DNA of 64,000 nucleotides from Rebecca billardiae RCC1528 (taxonomy: Eukaryota; Protista; Haptophyta): the NCBI GenBank assembly GCA_965240325.2, contig OZ251246.1, positions 806,001 to 870,000 of the forward strand, read 5' to 3'. Below the pieces are notes generated by a model that saw only the letters and a list, made by a program, of their open reading frames with translations, was not told where the DNA came from and searched no databases. Positions 26,420-38,568 of this stretch are shown here, one piece after another. Each line of letters begins with the position of its first letter. Within the stretch, counting starts at the first letter, position 1. The translations under genes and the position numbers were made by a program.

Positions 26420-27601
26420 TCACGCCACCACGGGCACGTGCGCCGCGAGCTCGTCAGAGTCAATCAGCCACTCCATGCCGAGCCAGATGGTGTCGTCGGC
26501 GTCGGCGTCGGCGTCGGCGTCGGAGACGGCGGCGCCGCCGTCCGAGTTGTTCGACGAGGTGGCGTTCGTGTTCGTGCGCGAGATGAGCGGCGCGCCGAGC
26601 GGCGGCGCGCCGCTGTCCGCGTCCATCATCCCCTTTGCGCACGGCGGCGCCGGCGGCTGCGCGTGCGCGTGCGTCGACACGGGCGCCTCCGGGAAGGCGA
26701 GCAGGTCGCACAGGTCGAAGGCGTCGAAGGTGGTGTCCTCCGCGTCGCACGAGGTGTACGTGGTCGAGGCGGTCGCGCACGGCGCCGCGGCGACGGGCGC
26801 CGCCGCGACGGCCACCGCGCCGTCCATCGACGCGGAGACGGCGACCGAGTCGGCGCCCGACGCAACCGACGCCGCCTGCGACGTCGAGGGCGTCGCCGAG
26901 ACGGGCATGGCCGTGGCGGGCATCGCGACGGGGAGGCCGAGGGTGGGGACGGCGGAGACCGCGTTCGCCGCCGCCGGCGCCGCGGCCGGCGCCGCCGCGC
27001 CGACCGTGCCCGCGATCAGCCGCTCCCAGCCCGGCGGCATGGTGACGGCGGCGCTGGACGCGGCGGTGAGCGGCGGCAGCAGGTCGCCGTGGAAGTCGAT
27101 CACCTTGCCCGAGAGCTCGGCCATCTGCTGCGAGCGCGCCTTCTCAAGCTCGAGGAAGTCCTTACGCCACCGCTGCCGCCGGTTCTGGAACCACACCTGC
27201 ACCTGCCGCGGCTTCACGCCGAGCATGGTCGCGAGCTGGTGGATGGTGTTCTTGTTTGGCCGCGGCGACGACGCAAAGACGGCCTCGAGCACGCTGGTCT
27301 CCTGCGCCGTCACGCGCCAGCGGGTGCGGCCGCTGTCGCCCGATCCACGCGCACCCTCCGCGCCCGCCGCGCCCGCCGGCGACGCGTCCTCCGCGCCCGC
27401 AGCCGCGTCCGCGCCCGCGGCGGTTGCGCCATCCGCCACATCCGCCGCGATCGACGCGGGCGCCGAGGCCGCAGGCGGCTCGGCGACGGGCGCGACCGGC
27501 GCGGGCGGCGCGACGGGCGCCGCGGCAGCGCCCGCCGACGGCGCCTCGGCGGCGAGGAGCGGCGCGGGCGTCGCGGCGGGGAGCTCGAGGGCGGTGGACA
27601 T
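26420..27601 (-). CDS. Homeobox transcription factor (non-TALE)
   Basis: RTRWRVTAQETSVLEAVFASSPRPNKNTIHQLATMLGVKPRQVQVWFQNRRQRWRK; acidic C-terminal region. Confidence 0.9.
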   Translation of the reverse strand: MSTALELPAATPAPLLAAEAPSAGAAAAPVAPPAPVAPVAEPPAASAPASIAADVADGATAAGADAAAGAEDASPAGAAGAEGARGSGDSGRTRWRVTAQETSVLEAVFASSPRPNKNTIHQLATMLGVKPRQVQVWFQNRRQRWRKDFLELEKARSQQMAELSGKVIDFHGDLLPPLTAASSAAVTMPPGWERLIAGTVGAAAPAAAPAAANAVSAVPTLGLPVAMPATAMPVSATPSTSQAASVASGADSVAVSASMDGAVAVAAAPVAAAPCATASTTYTSCDAEDTTFDAFDLCDLLAFPEAPVSTHAHAQPPAPPCAKGMMDADSGAPPLGAPLISRTNTNATSSNNSDGGAAVSDADADADADDTIWLGMEWLIDSDELAAHVPVVA

Positions 27602-27806
27602 GCTCGGCGACGGAGGTGCGCAACTCGATCCGCGATCTAGACCCGCCCGCGACCCCGCGACACACTTCGGGCTCTCAAGCCACACAGCCCGCGAGAGCTC
27701 TCTCCTGTGATCGCCTGATCGGTTGGAACCGCCCGGCCGACGAGCCTTCTAGAGCTTCTAGAGGGGATCTGGACTAGGCGATTCTCCGGGGTATTGGGTG
27801 TGCCGA

Positions 27807-27826
27807 AGCCAATGAGCGGCCAATGG
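27807..27826. promoter_or_regulatory. Tandem CCAAT boxes upstream of the homeobox gene
   Basis: AGCCAATGAGCGGCCAATGG about 200 bp upstream of the ATG; motif match only. Confidence 0.3.
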
Positions 27827-29636
27827 CACCGCTTGGTGATCGCTCCCGCCTTTCATCGGCGCGATCTCATCACACAGATGTTTAGGAGATCCATTGAAAT
27901 GATTATATGCGCTCCGGCAGGGATCGAGATGAATATATTATTGAGCGTTCAGGGTGACCGCTTTTGAATTATAAACGACTCTGCACATTACCTATAGGCG
28001 ACGTGGTCGCGCGTGTTGATATTCGCGCGGCCACTCCTGCACTCCATAGGCCATCTAATGCTTCGTCGTAGAGAGCTTGCGCACGCTCATTGGCCATCGC
28101 TTTGCGGCTCGGTCGAATCTTAACCACAGAGATGAGAAAACGTGCAGAGATTCTCGAGCTGCGTTTCGTCGCTCCAGAAGCGCCTTGTTATTGTTCTCTG
28201 CTCAAAACGCATCAAAGTAGATGAGTTAACCACTGCAGTTACCTGTACGCTGGGTGCGGCGCGCATCTCGAGCACTCGATCGAGGATCTGGTGAACAGCG
28301 GTTGAGGGCGGCGGTAAAAGCGGTATCGTGGGGGGCGGAATCTTCATCAATAGCTACCGTGCAAAAATCAACGCGCTGTTCATACATAACCGAACTGTGA
28401 GCGCCTGAACGGGTGGGCATTAACCCCCAGGTAGATACCCGCGACGAAACATGGCGGCAGCGCCCCCCGCCACCCCGCCACCCCCCCCCCCCAATGTAGC
28501 TAGCACTGCGGGCGACACGCGCGGTGCTCGTCTCGCGTGGCGCGGCGTCGGACCGGTCGCGGGCTGGGCAGATTGACGCATCTATACATTCTTCGGGCTC
28601 TACCGCCTCAGGTCCGTGCACGCGCGCCTCTCTCGCCGCTCACGTGGGGCTCGCTAGTCGCTTTCACCTGTCGAGCCGCGGCCCCGTCGGCAAGTTAAAG
28701 TTTCACTCTTTTCAGGCGCCGGTTCGGGCTGGACAGCGAGCAGCTGGAACTCGAAATGGGCGGAAATCGGCTAGCTCAGACGCATTCTGCGCGGTGATCT
28801 GGTGGTGTGTGTGAAGTTTGGATGCAGCCGATTTCTGGTTAGACCTTGTTGTAAGCACTCCCACGTCATGAATTCATGATGGCACTCCCGACCGGCTCTG
28901 CTCGCAGCGACTTCGGTCGGTGCGAGCACGACGGGCACGCGTACTGTACGCGAGGTGAGGCGGCGCAATGAACCGCGCCCCGATGGCGCCGATTCGCCCC
29001 AGCCGCTGACTGCGACGGCCGCCGATGGCGATGCGGGTCCGCCCGGCATCGGCTGCGCCATGCAGCAGTTAGTAGTTACACGTAACTCCCTTGGACAGGA
29101 CTATCTTTGTCAAAGGGTGTCCCGGAGTCAGTCCGAGTGTAATATCGTCGGGCCGAACCGTGCTGACGCCGCGCCCGCATACTGCTCAATACGGTTCTAC
29201 GCCAGTCGGGCAGTCAGAGCGGGCTGCGTCTGCTGGACCCAGCGCGTCGTCGTAACACCGGACCGTAAGTACTAACTACAACTTCAACTGACGAGCCACC
29301 GTCACTGTGAGTGACTAGCCACTAGGAGTGTGTATAGGACTGGTCGTCCGAGGTCGCCGCGCAGAACCGGTAGTTTATTACGACCGTCGTAGTCTGAGTA
29401 GAACTTCAGACACGCGGGTCGTCGGGCCGGAGCAGGCTTAGAGGCTACCTGATGAGTACTCATCAATGACAATATATATATAGACTACGACAGACTCTAG
29501 CTCAGTACGTTAGTCTATATCGTAGTTTATACCGTATACGGCGGCCGTCGTAACAGCACGGAAGTTCAAGTGTGACGTATCACCGGCAGCGAAACTCGAA
29601 AGCAGAGTCTCCAATCTCTCCATCTTCTTGCGATCG

Positions 29637-31804
29637 TCAGTTCATTTGCATCACCGCCGCTGCCGAGCCCACGCCAACGGGCGGCGGCGGCGCTGTCTCG
29701 GGCGCCGCGCCGAGACTCGCCGGCGCGTCAGCAGCCGGCGCCGGCGCCGGCGGCGCGGCCGAGTCGGCCGAGTGCGGCGTGCAGGACCCCGGGGTTGTCG
29801 CTTGCTGATGAGGCGGCGGAGCGCTGGCCTCCTTGCCTTGCCGCTGCTGCAGCTTGCGCTGGCGCTGCTCGCGGAACACGCGCGAGATCTGCTCGAGGCT
29901 GCGGCCCTTGGTCTCGGGGATGAAGAGCAGCACGAAGAGGAAGGCCCCGAGCGCGACCGGGATGAAGACGAGCCACGCGCCGCCCGGCGTGAGCGTGCGC
30001 CGGAGCGTGACGAATGAGGACGAGATGACGCCGGCGATGATGCGCGTGGTGAACAGCGCCACGCTCATCGCGCGCGCGCGCACGTGGTTCGGGAAGAGCT
30101 CGGAGCAGATCACGTACACGAGGGGCGAGAAGCCCAGGGAGAACGCCCCCATGAAGAGGCACAAGCCGCCGACCGCGAGCGTCGCCGCGAGCGCGCCCGT
30201 GCCGCCGCCGACGTAGCACGACGCGGTGAGCACGCCGAGCGACATCGCCAGGCCGGCCGCGCTCACGAGCAGCATCGGCCGCCGGCCCACGCGGTCGAAG
30301 AGCTGCGAGCCGACCAGCAGGAAGAGCAGCTTGCACGCGCCCACGCCGATCACCGCGAGCAGCGTGGCGCGCACCGTGGTGACGCCCGCGCCGTGCAGCA
30401 CCTCCGGCGCGTAGTACACGACCGCCTGCAAAGCGCGCGGGCGCGGCGCCGCCGGGCAGGATCGGCGGGTGAGGGAGGGGCGCGCGCGCGAGCGCGCGAC
30501 GGCGAGGCGTCGTGCGCGGCGCGGGGTCGCCGCGCGGGCCGCGCGGCGCGCACCTCGGTGCCAATGGCCTGCGAGAAGAAGGCGATGGCCAGGCCGCGCC
30601 AGATCATGGTGCGCTCCACAGGGTCGCGCGCCCAGAAGACCTCGGACCAGCCCGTGTTGGGCGCCGCCGCGGCGTCCGCGCCGCCGCCGCCGGCCGCCGC
30701 GGCGGCGGTGGCCTCGGCGCTCTCGAGCGCGTCCACCTCCTCGGAGACGGACGGGCCGGGCGCGCTCGAGCCCGTGCCCGCCGCCTGCTGCATCGCGAGC
30801 AGCTGCTTCTCCGCCTCCATGGCGTCGGTGAAGATCTCGTTCAGCGCGCGCTCCGCAGAGAGGTGGCGGCCGACGCCCACCAGCCAGCGAGGGGACTCGG
30901 GGACGAGCCAGATGAGGCCGAAGAGCATGATGGCGGGCACGCCGCCCACGCCGAACATCACGCGCCAGCCGATGTCGCGCGGCAGCGAGATGAACGCCAG
31001 CCCCGCGCCGTACCCCAGCAGGATGCCCAGGTTGGTCGAGACGTCTGAGAGAGAGACCAGCATGCCGCGGTACCGCGCGGGCACGAGCTCGGCGGTGAAG
31101 ATGGGCGCGACGACGAGGGCGAAGCCGACGCCGAGGCCTGCGGGCGCGGGTCGCGCGGGGTCGCGCGGGGCCGCGCGCAGGTCGGCGTGCCGCGCGCGGG
31201 GCGGCGCGCGCGCGGCCAGCGTCGAGGCCGGGGCGGCGCGTCGTTGCGCTGCGCGCCGCCCACCTTGCAGCATGCGGCCGACGAGGACGAGCCAAAAGCC
31301 GTTGGCGACCGCGATCAGAACCGAGCCCACCAGGAAGAAGATGTTGGCGATGGCAATGGCCTTCTTCCGCCCGAGGTACTCGGCGGCGTACGACGCCATC
31401 AGGCCGCCCGCCGCCGCGACGATGTTGAGCGAGCCGATAGAGATCTCCTGCTGCTCACCGCTCAGGCCGAGGCTGGGCTTCATCGTGAGCATCGCCGACG
31501 CGATCACGCCCTGGTCGTAGCCGCTGAGAACGGACGAGGCGGCGCTCACGCCGACAGCCTTGGCGAGGGACCCAAAGTCCACCGCCATGTGGCTCGCGAT
31601 GGACTGCATCGACTCGAGCGAGTGCGACTGATGGACGCGACTGCGGCTGTACAGGCTCTTGGTGTACAGGCCGTTGGTGCGCGACCGGCTGGGAGGGAGG
31701 TCAAGCACGTTCAGTGTGGGCTGTATGTCCTCACGGATCGGCGTCGGCGTCGGCTCGGGGGGCATGCTTGCCAGGAAGGGTGCTCGCCTCGGGTCCTCAG
31801 ACAT
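29637..31804 (-). CDS. MFS sugar-porter (polyol/inositol transporter-like); introns 31263-31138 and 30553-30426
   Basis: SGYDQGVIA, YLGRKKAI, GRMLQG|LGVG, AELVPARYRG, PESPRWL, DRVGRRPML, SELFP..VRA, PETKGRSLEQI. Confidence 0.93.
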
Positions 31805-32060
31805 GCACGCGGGCGACCGGGGTCGTTGCAGGTCGCACGACGGAATCACGCCGGTGAGTCTGGTGCCTTCGCAGGGTTGACGAGTCGACGAGACAATTAT
31901 TGGCAGCTGAACTTGGATGCGGCGGCGGATGGTGCGCTGAGCTCGATTTTGCCGGTCGGAACGATATCAAATAGAGAAAAGAGGCCGCGGCTGACGGGTC
32001 TTTCGGCCCACATAATGACCAGAATGTGCCGTTGACCTACTTTACCTATCAACTCCCTAC

Positions 32061-33172
32061 CAAGGGTGTCCAGGGTCCGCAACAGCCAGTGCGCAGCGCG
32101 GCAGAGGCTGTGACATCGCGAGGTCGCCGCTCGCCAGTGGGACTCGCCCGCCCGCCGCCGTGCACGGCGGCGGAGCCGCTCGCGCCGTGCGCTCCTGCGG
32201 CCGTCGGATCGGGCTGCGTAGGCGGCGCGCGGCTTGGGCCGTCGCTGAGCCACCCAGCGCCCCTCGCTGCGCCGCGCGCCTTCCTCGTCCTCGCCTCCTC
32301 CGCGCCTTGAAGCAGCACGCACACGCGCGGCGCCGCCACAAAAGCAGCGCAGGCGCTCGCGTGCAAGCGCGCGCGCGCAGCGCGCGACGGACTCGACTCG
32401 GTGTTCGAGCCGCTGCGGGGACATGCAGTGCTATCACATGCGCGCGCGACGCCACCTCGAGCCTGCGCGTTTGACCGTCAGTGCACGCTGATGCACGTTA
32501 CAAAATGGTCTGACTTGGCATCATCACACGTGCGACGGAAGCTTCCACAACGGGCCTTGAGTACGTCGACGCGATCGATGCGGGGACGGTCATGCTTGCG
32601 TGCGCTTCTCTTGTGGTCTCCACGCTTGCTGAGAAGCGCCGCGTACGTAGCTGTCATCGTGTCTTGCCTAAGAAGTCGTCCTGACGCATGGCAGGTTCTG
32701 GTCAGATTGGGCCTACTTCAACACGAGGACGTGTGAGCATTTGGCGCGTGACGGTCACAGCGATGCGCAAGTTCGAGGTGGCGTCGCGCGCGCATGTGAT
32801 GGTGCTGCATGCCCCCGCAGCGGCTCGAACACCGAGTCGAGTCCGTCGCGCGCTGCGCGCGCGCGCTTGCACGCGAGCGCCTGCGCTGCTTTTGTGGCGG
32901 CGCCGCGCGTGTGCGTGCTGCTTCAAGGCGCGGAGGAGGCGAGGACGAGGAAGGCGCGCGGCGCAGCGAGGGGCGCTGGGTGGCTCAGCGACGGCCCAAG
33001 CCGCGCGCCGCCTACGCAGCCCGATCCGACGGCCGCAGGAGCGCACGGCGCGAGCGGCTCCGCCGCCGTGCACGGCGGCGGGCGGGCGAGTCCCACTGGC
33101 GAGCGGCGACCTCGCGATGTCACAGCCTCTGCCGCGCTGCGCACTGGCTGTTGCGGACCCTGGACACCCTTG
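32061..33172. mobile_element. Fold-back MITE with ~410-bp TIRs (CAAGGG..CCCTTG) and 7-bp TSD TCCCTAC
   Basis: 32061-~32470 is the reverse complement of ~32760-33172. TCCCTAC at 32054-32060 and 33173-33179. Confidence 0.88.
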
Positions 33173-34055
33173 TCCCTACCCACCGGCCTCATCGATTCCT
33201 CGAATCGAGCGTGATGATTCTGATGACCCGGACTGCTCTGCCGCCTCTGCGACGAACGTCTCGTCGCCGTTCCTGCTCAAGGGATGGCGAGGCCACTTAA
33301 AGGGTGGCCTCGCCGCCGCGCTGAGGCCACCCTTCGGTGTATTGCTACCGCAGAACTTTCAGGAAACGACAGTCCCGCCGCTGCGCGCCCCATGTTCGTG
33401 CGCGGTGCGGGTGACGGGCCGGCGCGGGGGACGCCGGCTCGCGTTCCGAAGCGGGCGGTAGCTCAAGCTGGCGACCTCGCTTGGGCGGCGGCAGTGGCGC
33501 TGTTGCATGCCTTTCGCATTCCGTGCGTTTGTATGCGATCTCGCGCTCCCGCTCGTCGCCACGCCGCGTGCGACCGTCCACGCCACGGCCTTCCGCGCTG
33601 CTTGCAGAAGGCTTGCGTAGCGCGGACACGGCCGCGGAGAGCCCAGAGCGCCCGCCGCGAGCGCGACGCCCCGCAAATCGTCAGACTCACGACTTCTGGG
33701 GTCTGACAGAAAATCGATAGGTCTGCACCCTCGCCTGACATGCCCCAGAGGTCAGCACGACCGTCAGAACGGTGATCCTGGCCCCTGGCTTGCCCATCCG
33801 CCTTCGCATGAGCACCACGCCGGTCGTGCCGACGTGCGGGGACGTGGAAGTGGACGTGAGAGTGGTCGAAAAGTCCTGAAGGAAAGCCGCTGCTTAAAGT
33901 CTTCAGTCCTAAACTACGCGCTGCCGACCGGCGAGTGCAACGCCGGCCCCCTGGTCCCGGACGTTGCACTCGCGCGTTGGATCGCGGGACGGGCATCACG
34001 CGCGCCATGGCATCGGCCGGCTGCCCTTCGCCCCTTCCGGCTCGGTGAGCAGGGC

Positions 34056-36094
34056 TAGGCTGTCCGACTCTACACTGCTGTGTAGAGGCTGCCGAAAGTC
34101 TGCTCTAGCGGGACCCCCGCGCACTGGGGTCGTTCCGGGCGCGAGCTCGGCGGGGACGTGGCGAGCGGGTCGGCGCGCGCCGTGGGCTGGGTGCGCGATT
34201 TTACCAACGTATCGGTCGACCTGACCCTCCCCGTCGCGCCGCTCTTGCCCTCGCGGCCTCTCTTCCCCCCAACACGGGTGCGCGCAGACGCTTGAACAGC
34301 CTGGCTGCAGGTCGTTCACAGACGGCAGGCCGCGTGCAACCTGCGCGGGTGAAGAGGGGTGGCTTGTTGCGTGGTTACGCGGCTGACGCCCGTGTGTGGC
34401 CTTGCGAGCCTTTGTGTGCGAGGTTACTTGCCCACATCTGCTCTCGCGTGTCATGCGCGCGTGCAACGAACACTATGCCGTATGCGACCCGCCTTGCAGC
34501 AGCCGAGGCCACTGCCACTGGCTATCCACGTCGCGCGCGAGATCGTCGACATTCTGACGGGCTCGCATCCAGGCGAGTGCAAGTGCGCGCGCTGCGTTAC
34601 GTTCCTCCCGTCCACTGGAGGTGTGCACTGTGAAGCGGAGTCCAGCAGCCAAAACGACATGGGCATCTGCCTCGTCATTCGTGTCAACCTGTGACGACGG
34701 GCATCGCGCCAGGCTGAGAGGCCAGTGCCCAGGATAGCTTGGGTGATGGGGCACCGCACGGCTGATCATCGGATGGCAGATGAAGTCAGCAACGTACTAG
34801 ATCAAGCGTCGGCTTGTCCACGTCGCCGGCGCGGTGTGCGCACTCTCCTGCTGCCGCTGCTGCACTACAGCGCTACTGTACTCTGACAATTCTAGGATTT
34901 AAAGACACACCAGGCATGAGGACGCAGCTCTCCTGATTCGTCTGTCGAAGTACTGATTGGAGGCGGAGGATGTGAGCGCGTTAGCCGCGGATGAGGGAGT
35001 CGTCGCCGATGCTGATCACTGAGATGCCGCTGTGACTTGCAGTCGTAGTCGGTCGTCACGCCGTTGCCGCCGTCGGTCCCGGCTGACGAGTGACGGTCCG
35101 AGTTGATGCAGTAAGCTAGTGAGAGTAGTCTGCGTGGATGCTCACGCCAGCCGCCGGTGCGGTCGGGGATGGCGCTCACCCTAGCCGTGGGGGAGGTAGT
35201 CGGCCTGGCCGGCGGGCGGGGTTGCTCAATATTCGTTTCTTTTAATATTTTATTCATCGCAGTGGATTTTATTTTAATCCCGGCCACGCTAACGACATGA
35301 CCTTGTGGCGCGTTGCGTCGCAGAACGGGACGGCAGCCTGCCCGCTCGGAGCGTGCTTGTACGCCACAAGCATGCGGGCGACGATGCTTGATGATTCCCC
35401 TCTCGCACCGGAGCTGTGAGTCTGTGTAACACAGTGACGCGGGAGCCGAGGGTGACTCGACGGGCAACTTCAGGAATGCACCTGCCAGAAGCACTGCCTT
35501 CAATATCAAGCACGCAGATGGCAAAGACGAAGGCCACAAGCATGCGACAGAACATGTCAACGATATGGCGTCACCGTCTTAGTGCCTGCAGTGGCCCCAC
35601 GCTGGCCCAGCTGGCAGCAGGTGGACAAGCGCAAGCGCAGCGGAGATCCGATGGTGTACGTTACACGCGCGCATGACACGCGAGAGCGGATGTGGGCAAG
35701 TAACCTCGCACACGAAGGCTCGCAAGGCCACATATGGGCGTCAGCCACGCAACCACGCAACAAGCCACCCCTCTTCACCCGCGCAGGTTGCACGCGGCCC
35801 GCCGTCTGTGAACGACCTGCAGCCAGGCTGTTCAAGCGGCTGCGCGCACCCGTGTTGGGGGGAAGAGAGGCCGCGAGGGCAAGAGCGGCGCGACGGGGAG
35901 GGTCAGATCGACCGATACGTTGGTAAAATCGCGCACCCAGCCCGCGGCGCGCACCGACCCGCTCGCCACGTCCCCGCCGAGCTCGCGCCCAGTGCAGCCC
36001 CAGTGCGCGGGGGTCCCGCTAGAGCAGACTTTCGGCAGGCCCCCCGTAGCCAGCGGAGGGGGGCCGGACAGGCTAGATTACCGCCCTTGGGCTA
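34056..36094. mobile_element. Older long-TIR element (~400-bp inverted arms, ~1.2-kb interior)
   Basis: 34089-34467 is inverted at 35660-36038 with moderate divergence. Right end has CCCTTG. GAGCAGGGC occurs at both 34047-34055 and 36095-36103. Confidence 0.7.
34889..35115 (-). repeat. Repeat family T copy inside the TIR element
   Basis: Similarity to 15699-15950. Confidence 0.65.
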
Positions 36095-36376
36095 GAGCAG
36101 GGCTGGTCGCCGGTCGGTCAAAACGGCGGGCACTCCGCTCTCCGCGGCAGCCATGGCGGTTGCCTCGCGCAACGGCGGGTCGCAGCCGCCCTCAGAGCGT
36201 CAGGACTCGGACGACTTTGTGGAGATCGGTGCGCTGCGGACCTCCGATGGCGGTGTCGACTAGCACTGCGGCAGCCGGCGCGCGCTCTGTACGCGCTCAT
36301 CTCGCCCCGCTTCGCCCTGCCGCGCCTCGCCGCGCGCTGGTTGGCGCACCGCCGCGCAGTCGATGCGTCTGGCGAG

Positions 36377-37006
36377 ATGATCGAGGGGCTGCTCGACGGC
36401 GACGCCGAGGGCGAGCTGGGCGACGCGGAAGACGAGGACATCCTCGTGAGCCATGCGCCCGCCGACGAGCTCGGCCTTGTCCTCGGCACGCTCGAGGACG
36501 TGATGATGGACGACGGGTTCAACGAGCGCATCGACGCATTCATGCGCGAGCACTGCGAGGCGTTCGGCGCCGAGGGCGAGGGCGGCGAGGCCAGCGAGTC
36601 CTCGCACGCGCAGTACGCGCTCTTCATGCAGTTCACCGAGCTGCTCGAGCGGTACATCCTCGCCAAGATGCGCGGCGCGTTCGGCGAGGGCTTTGACATG
36701 GGCGCGCTCTGCGCGCTGATCAAGGAGCACGGCGCGGATGCCATCAACATCGACCTGGAGGCCCTGGGCGCGTACGGCGACTTCGAGGCGTTCAAGACGA
36801 TGATGGGCGACTACCGCCGGGAGGCGCGCCTCGAGGGCGACCCGGCCGCGCTCGCGCTCACCGGCTCGGCCCTGCGCCTCTGGCAGGACGACGAGGAGGA
36901 CGGCCTGCCGATGCCTGAGCTCACGCTCACCATCTCCTCGCCCGTGCGGCCCGCGGCGGGGATGGCGCGCATGCCGCCACTGCGCGCGGCGCCGGGCGCG
37001 AGCTGA
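36377..37006 (+). CDS. ARL2BP: ARL2-binding protein (BART domain)
   Basis: LEDVMMDDGFNERIDAFMREHCEAF..E....Y..F..F..LLE.YI...FDM..L...L....DFEAFK.MM.DYR pattern. Confidence 0.8.
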   Translation: MIEGLLDGDAEGELGDAEDEDILVSHAPADELGLVLGTLEDVMMDDGFNERIDAFMREHCEAFGAEGEGGEASESSHAQYALFMQFTELLERYILAKMRGAFGEGFDMGALCALIKEHGADAINIDLEALGAYGDFEAFKTMMGDYRREARLEGDPAALALTGSALRLWQDDEEDGLPMPELTLTISSPVRPAAGMARMPPLRAAPGAS

Positions 37007-37569
37007 GCGCTGGGGTCTGCTGCTGAGCGCCTGCCGGTCACCGGACCGGACGCTTCGACAGTCCGAACTTCGGTCCGGGCACGGTACTTCTCAGGAGTGG
37101 GCCGCGGCACACGGGCCGGATGACGTCATTCGCGCGCAGCCGCCATTCCGCGGCGGGCATTCGCCTATTCGCCATTCGATTTCGGGCGCCTGCTCGTTGC
37201 TGCGCGAGCTCTGCGCCATGAATAATATATATACGACCTGACGAATGACGACGATATTATGCCATTCAGTAGCTGCTGCTATGATCAACTCCACACGCTG
37301 TGACAGCGGGGTCGCCGTCCGGGATAGGCCATAGGGCATAGGCACTGGCACCCTCTTTCTCCAGCCGGCCGCCGGCTGAATCGGCAATCGCCTCGGGGGG
37401 CGATGCAGCAGGTGGACGCCGCTGCACCCATCTGGCCCTTGGCGCTGGCCTCCTCCGTGCCCTTCGCTCCACCCTAGGTGGGGCAGGGGGTGCGGGGTGT
37501 GACGCGCCCAGGGGCCAGGTTCCCCAGCATCAAGCACTGCATCTGCAGCAGCCCGCCGGCGGGCCGGGC

Positions 37570-38026
37570 TGCGACATCGACTACCACCTCATCTGCTTCA
37601 TCGCCCAGAGCGCGCTAGGCGGCGCGCTCACTCTCCAAGCCCCTCTTCTGCAGCTGCGCGCCGCTTGGCCGGCGCGCGGCGACGCGTACTACGACCTCAT
37701 CCTCATCCAGGCGCCCACGCGGGCGCACGGGGGCGACAGCCGCGGCTGCCGCTTGCCGGAGCTGCTCGCTGCTAGGTCGGCGGGCGGCGACATCGACTAC
37801 GACCTCACCCTCATCCAAGTGCTCCGGAAGGCGCTCGGCCGCGGCGGCATCTGCCGTCGCCGCCGCGTGCCCCAGGCCGAGGCGGTGCTCCATCCCCGGC
37901 CCCGCTCCCGTAGGGGGGCAGGGCTGCGGGTGGCGCACTGTCTGACCTGGACGGAAGGCGCGGACGCATTCTATGTGTCTGTTGCACTCTGAGCCTGACG
38001 CTTGTCCGATGCTGCCACGTCGTTAA
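37570..38026 (+). mobile_element. Repeat family S (SINE-like or 5'-truncated LINE) ending CCACGTCGTTAA-(TA)n
   Basis: Near-identical to 62590-62918; three internal GACATCGACTACGACCTC-like subrepeats. Confidence 0.75.
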
Positions 38027-38568
38027 ATATATATATGCATATATATATATATAGATAGATAGATAGATAGCTAGCTAGATAGATACATCAGATAGATACT
38101 GATAGATAGATATGAGATAGCAGATCTATAGCAGATCATAGCAGATAGCAGATTAGCAGATAGCAGATAGCAGATAGTAGATAGCAGATACGGCAGATAC
38201 GTATCATCGCGTATAGTAATGGCATGCCGATCGGAACGCTGTTCCCGGCCGTCGGCGGATATAATCATGACGAATGAATATGACGATCGTTAGATAGATA
38301 GATAGCAGATAGCAGATAGCAGATAGCAGATAGCAGATTATAGCAGATAGCAGATAGCAGATAGCAGATAGCAGATACGGCAGATACGTATCATCGCGTA
38401 TAGTAATGGCATGCCGATCGGAACGCTGTTCCCGGCCGTCGGCGGATATAATAATGACGAATGAATATGACGATCGTATCGATGTGACACGGCCCAGCAA
38501 GCAGTAGCAATACTTTATTCAGCAATTTCATTATATATATATATATGCATACATATATATATATATAT
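38027..38568. repeat. Compound microsatellite (TA)n/(AGAT)n/(AGCAGAT)n with a ~185-bp tandem duplication
   Basis: The unique block AGATACGGCAGATACG...GAATATGACGATCGT occurs twice (~38187-38290, ~38373-38477). Confidence 0.9.

Noticed and set aside
27745-27765. Heat-shock element (TTCTAGAGCTTCTAGAG)
   Set aside because: Spacing and bases do not fit three alternating nGAAn units.
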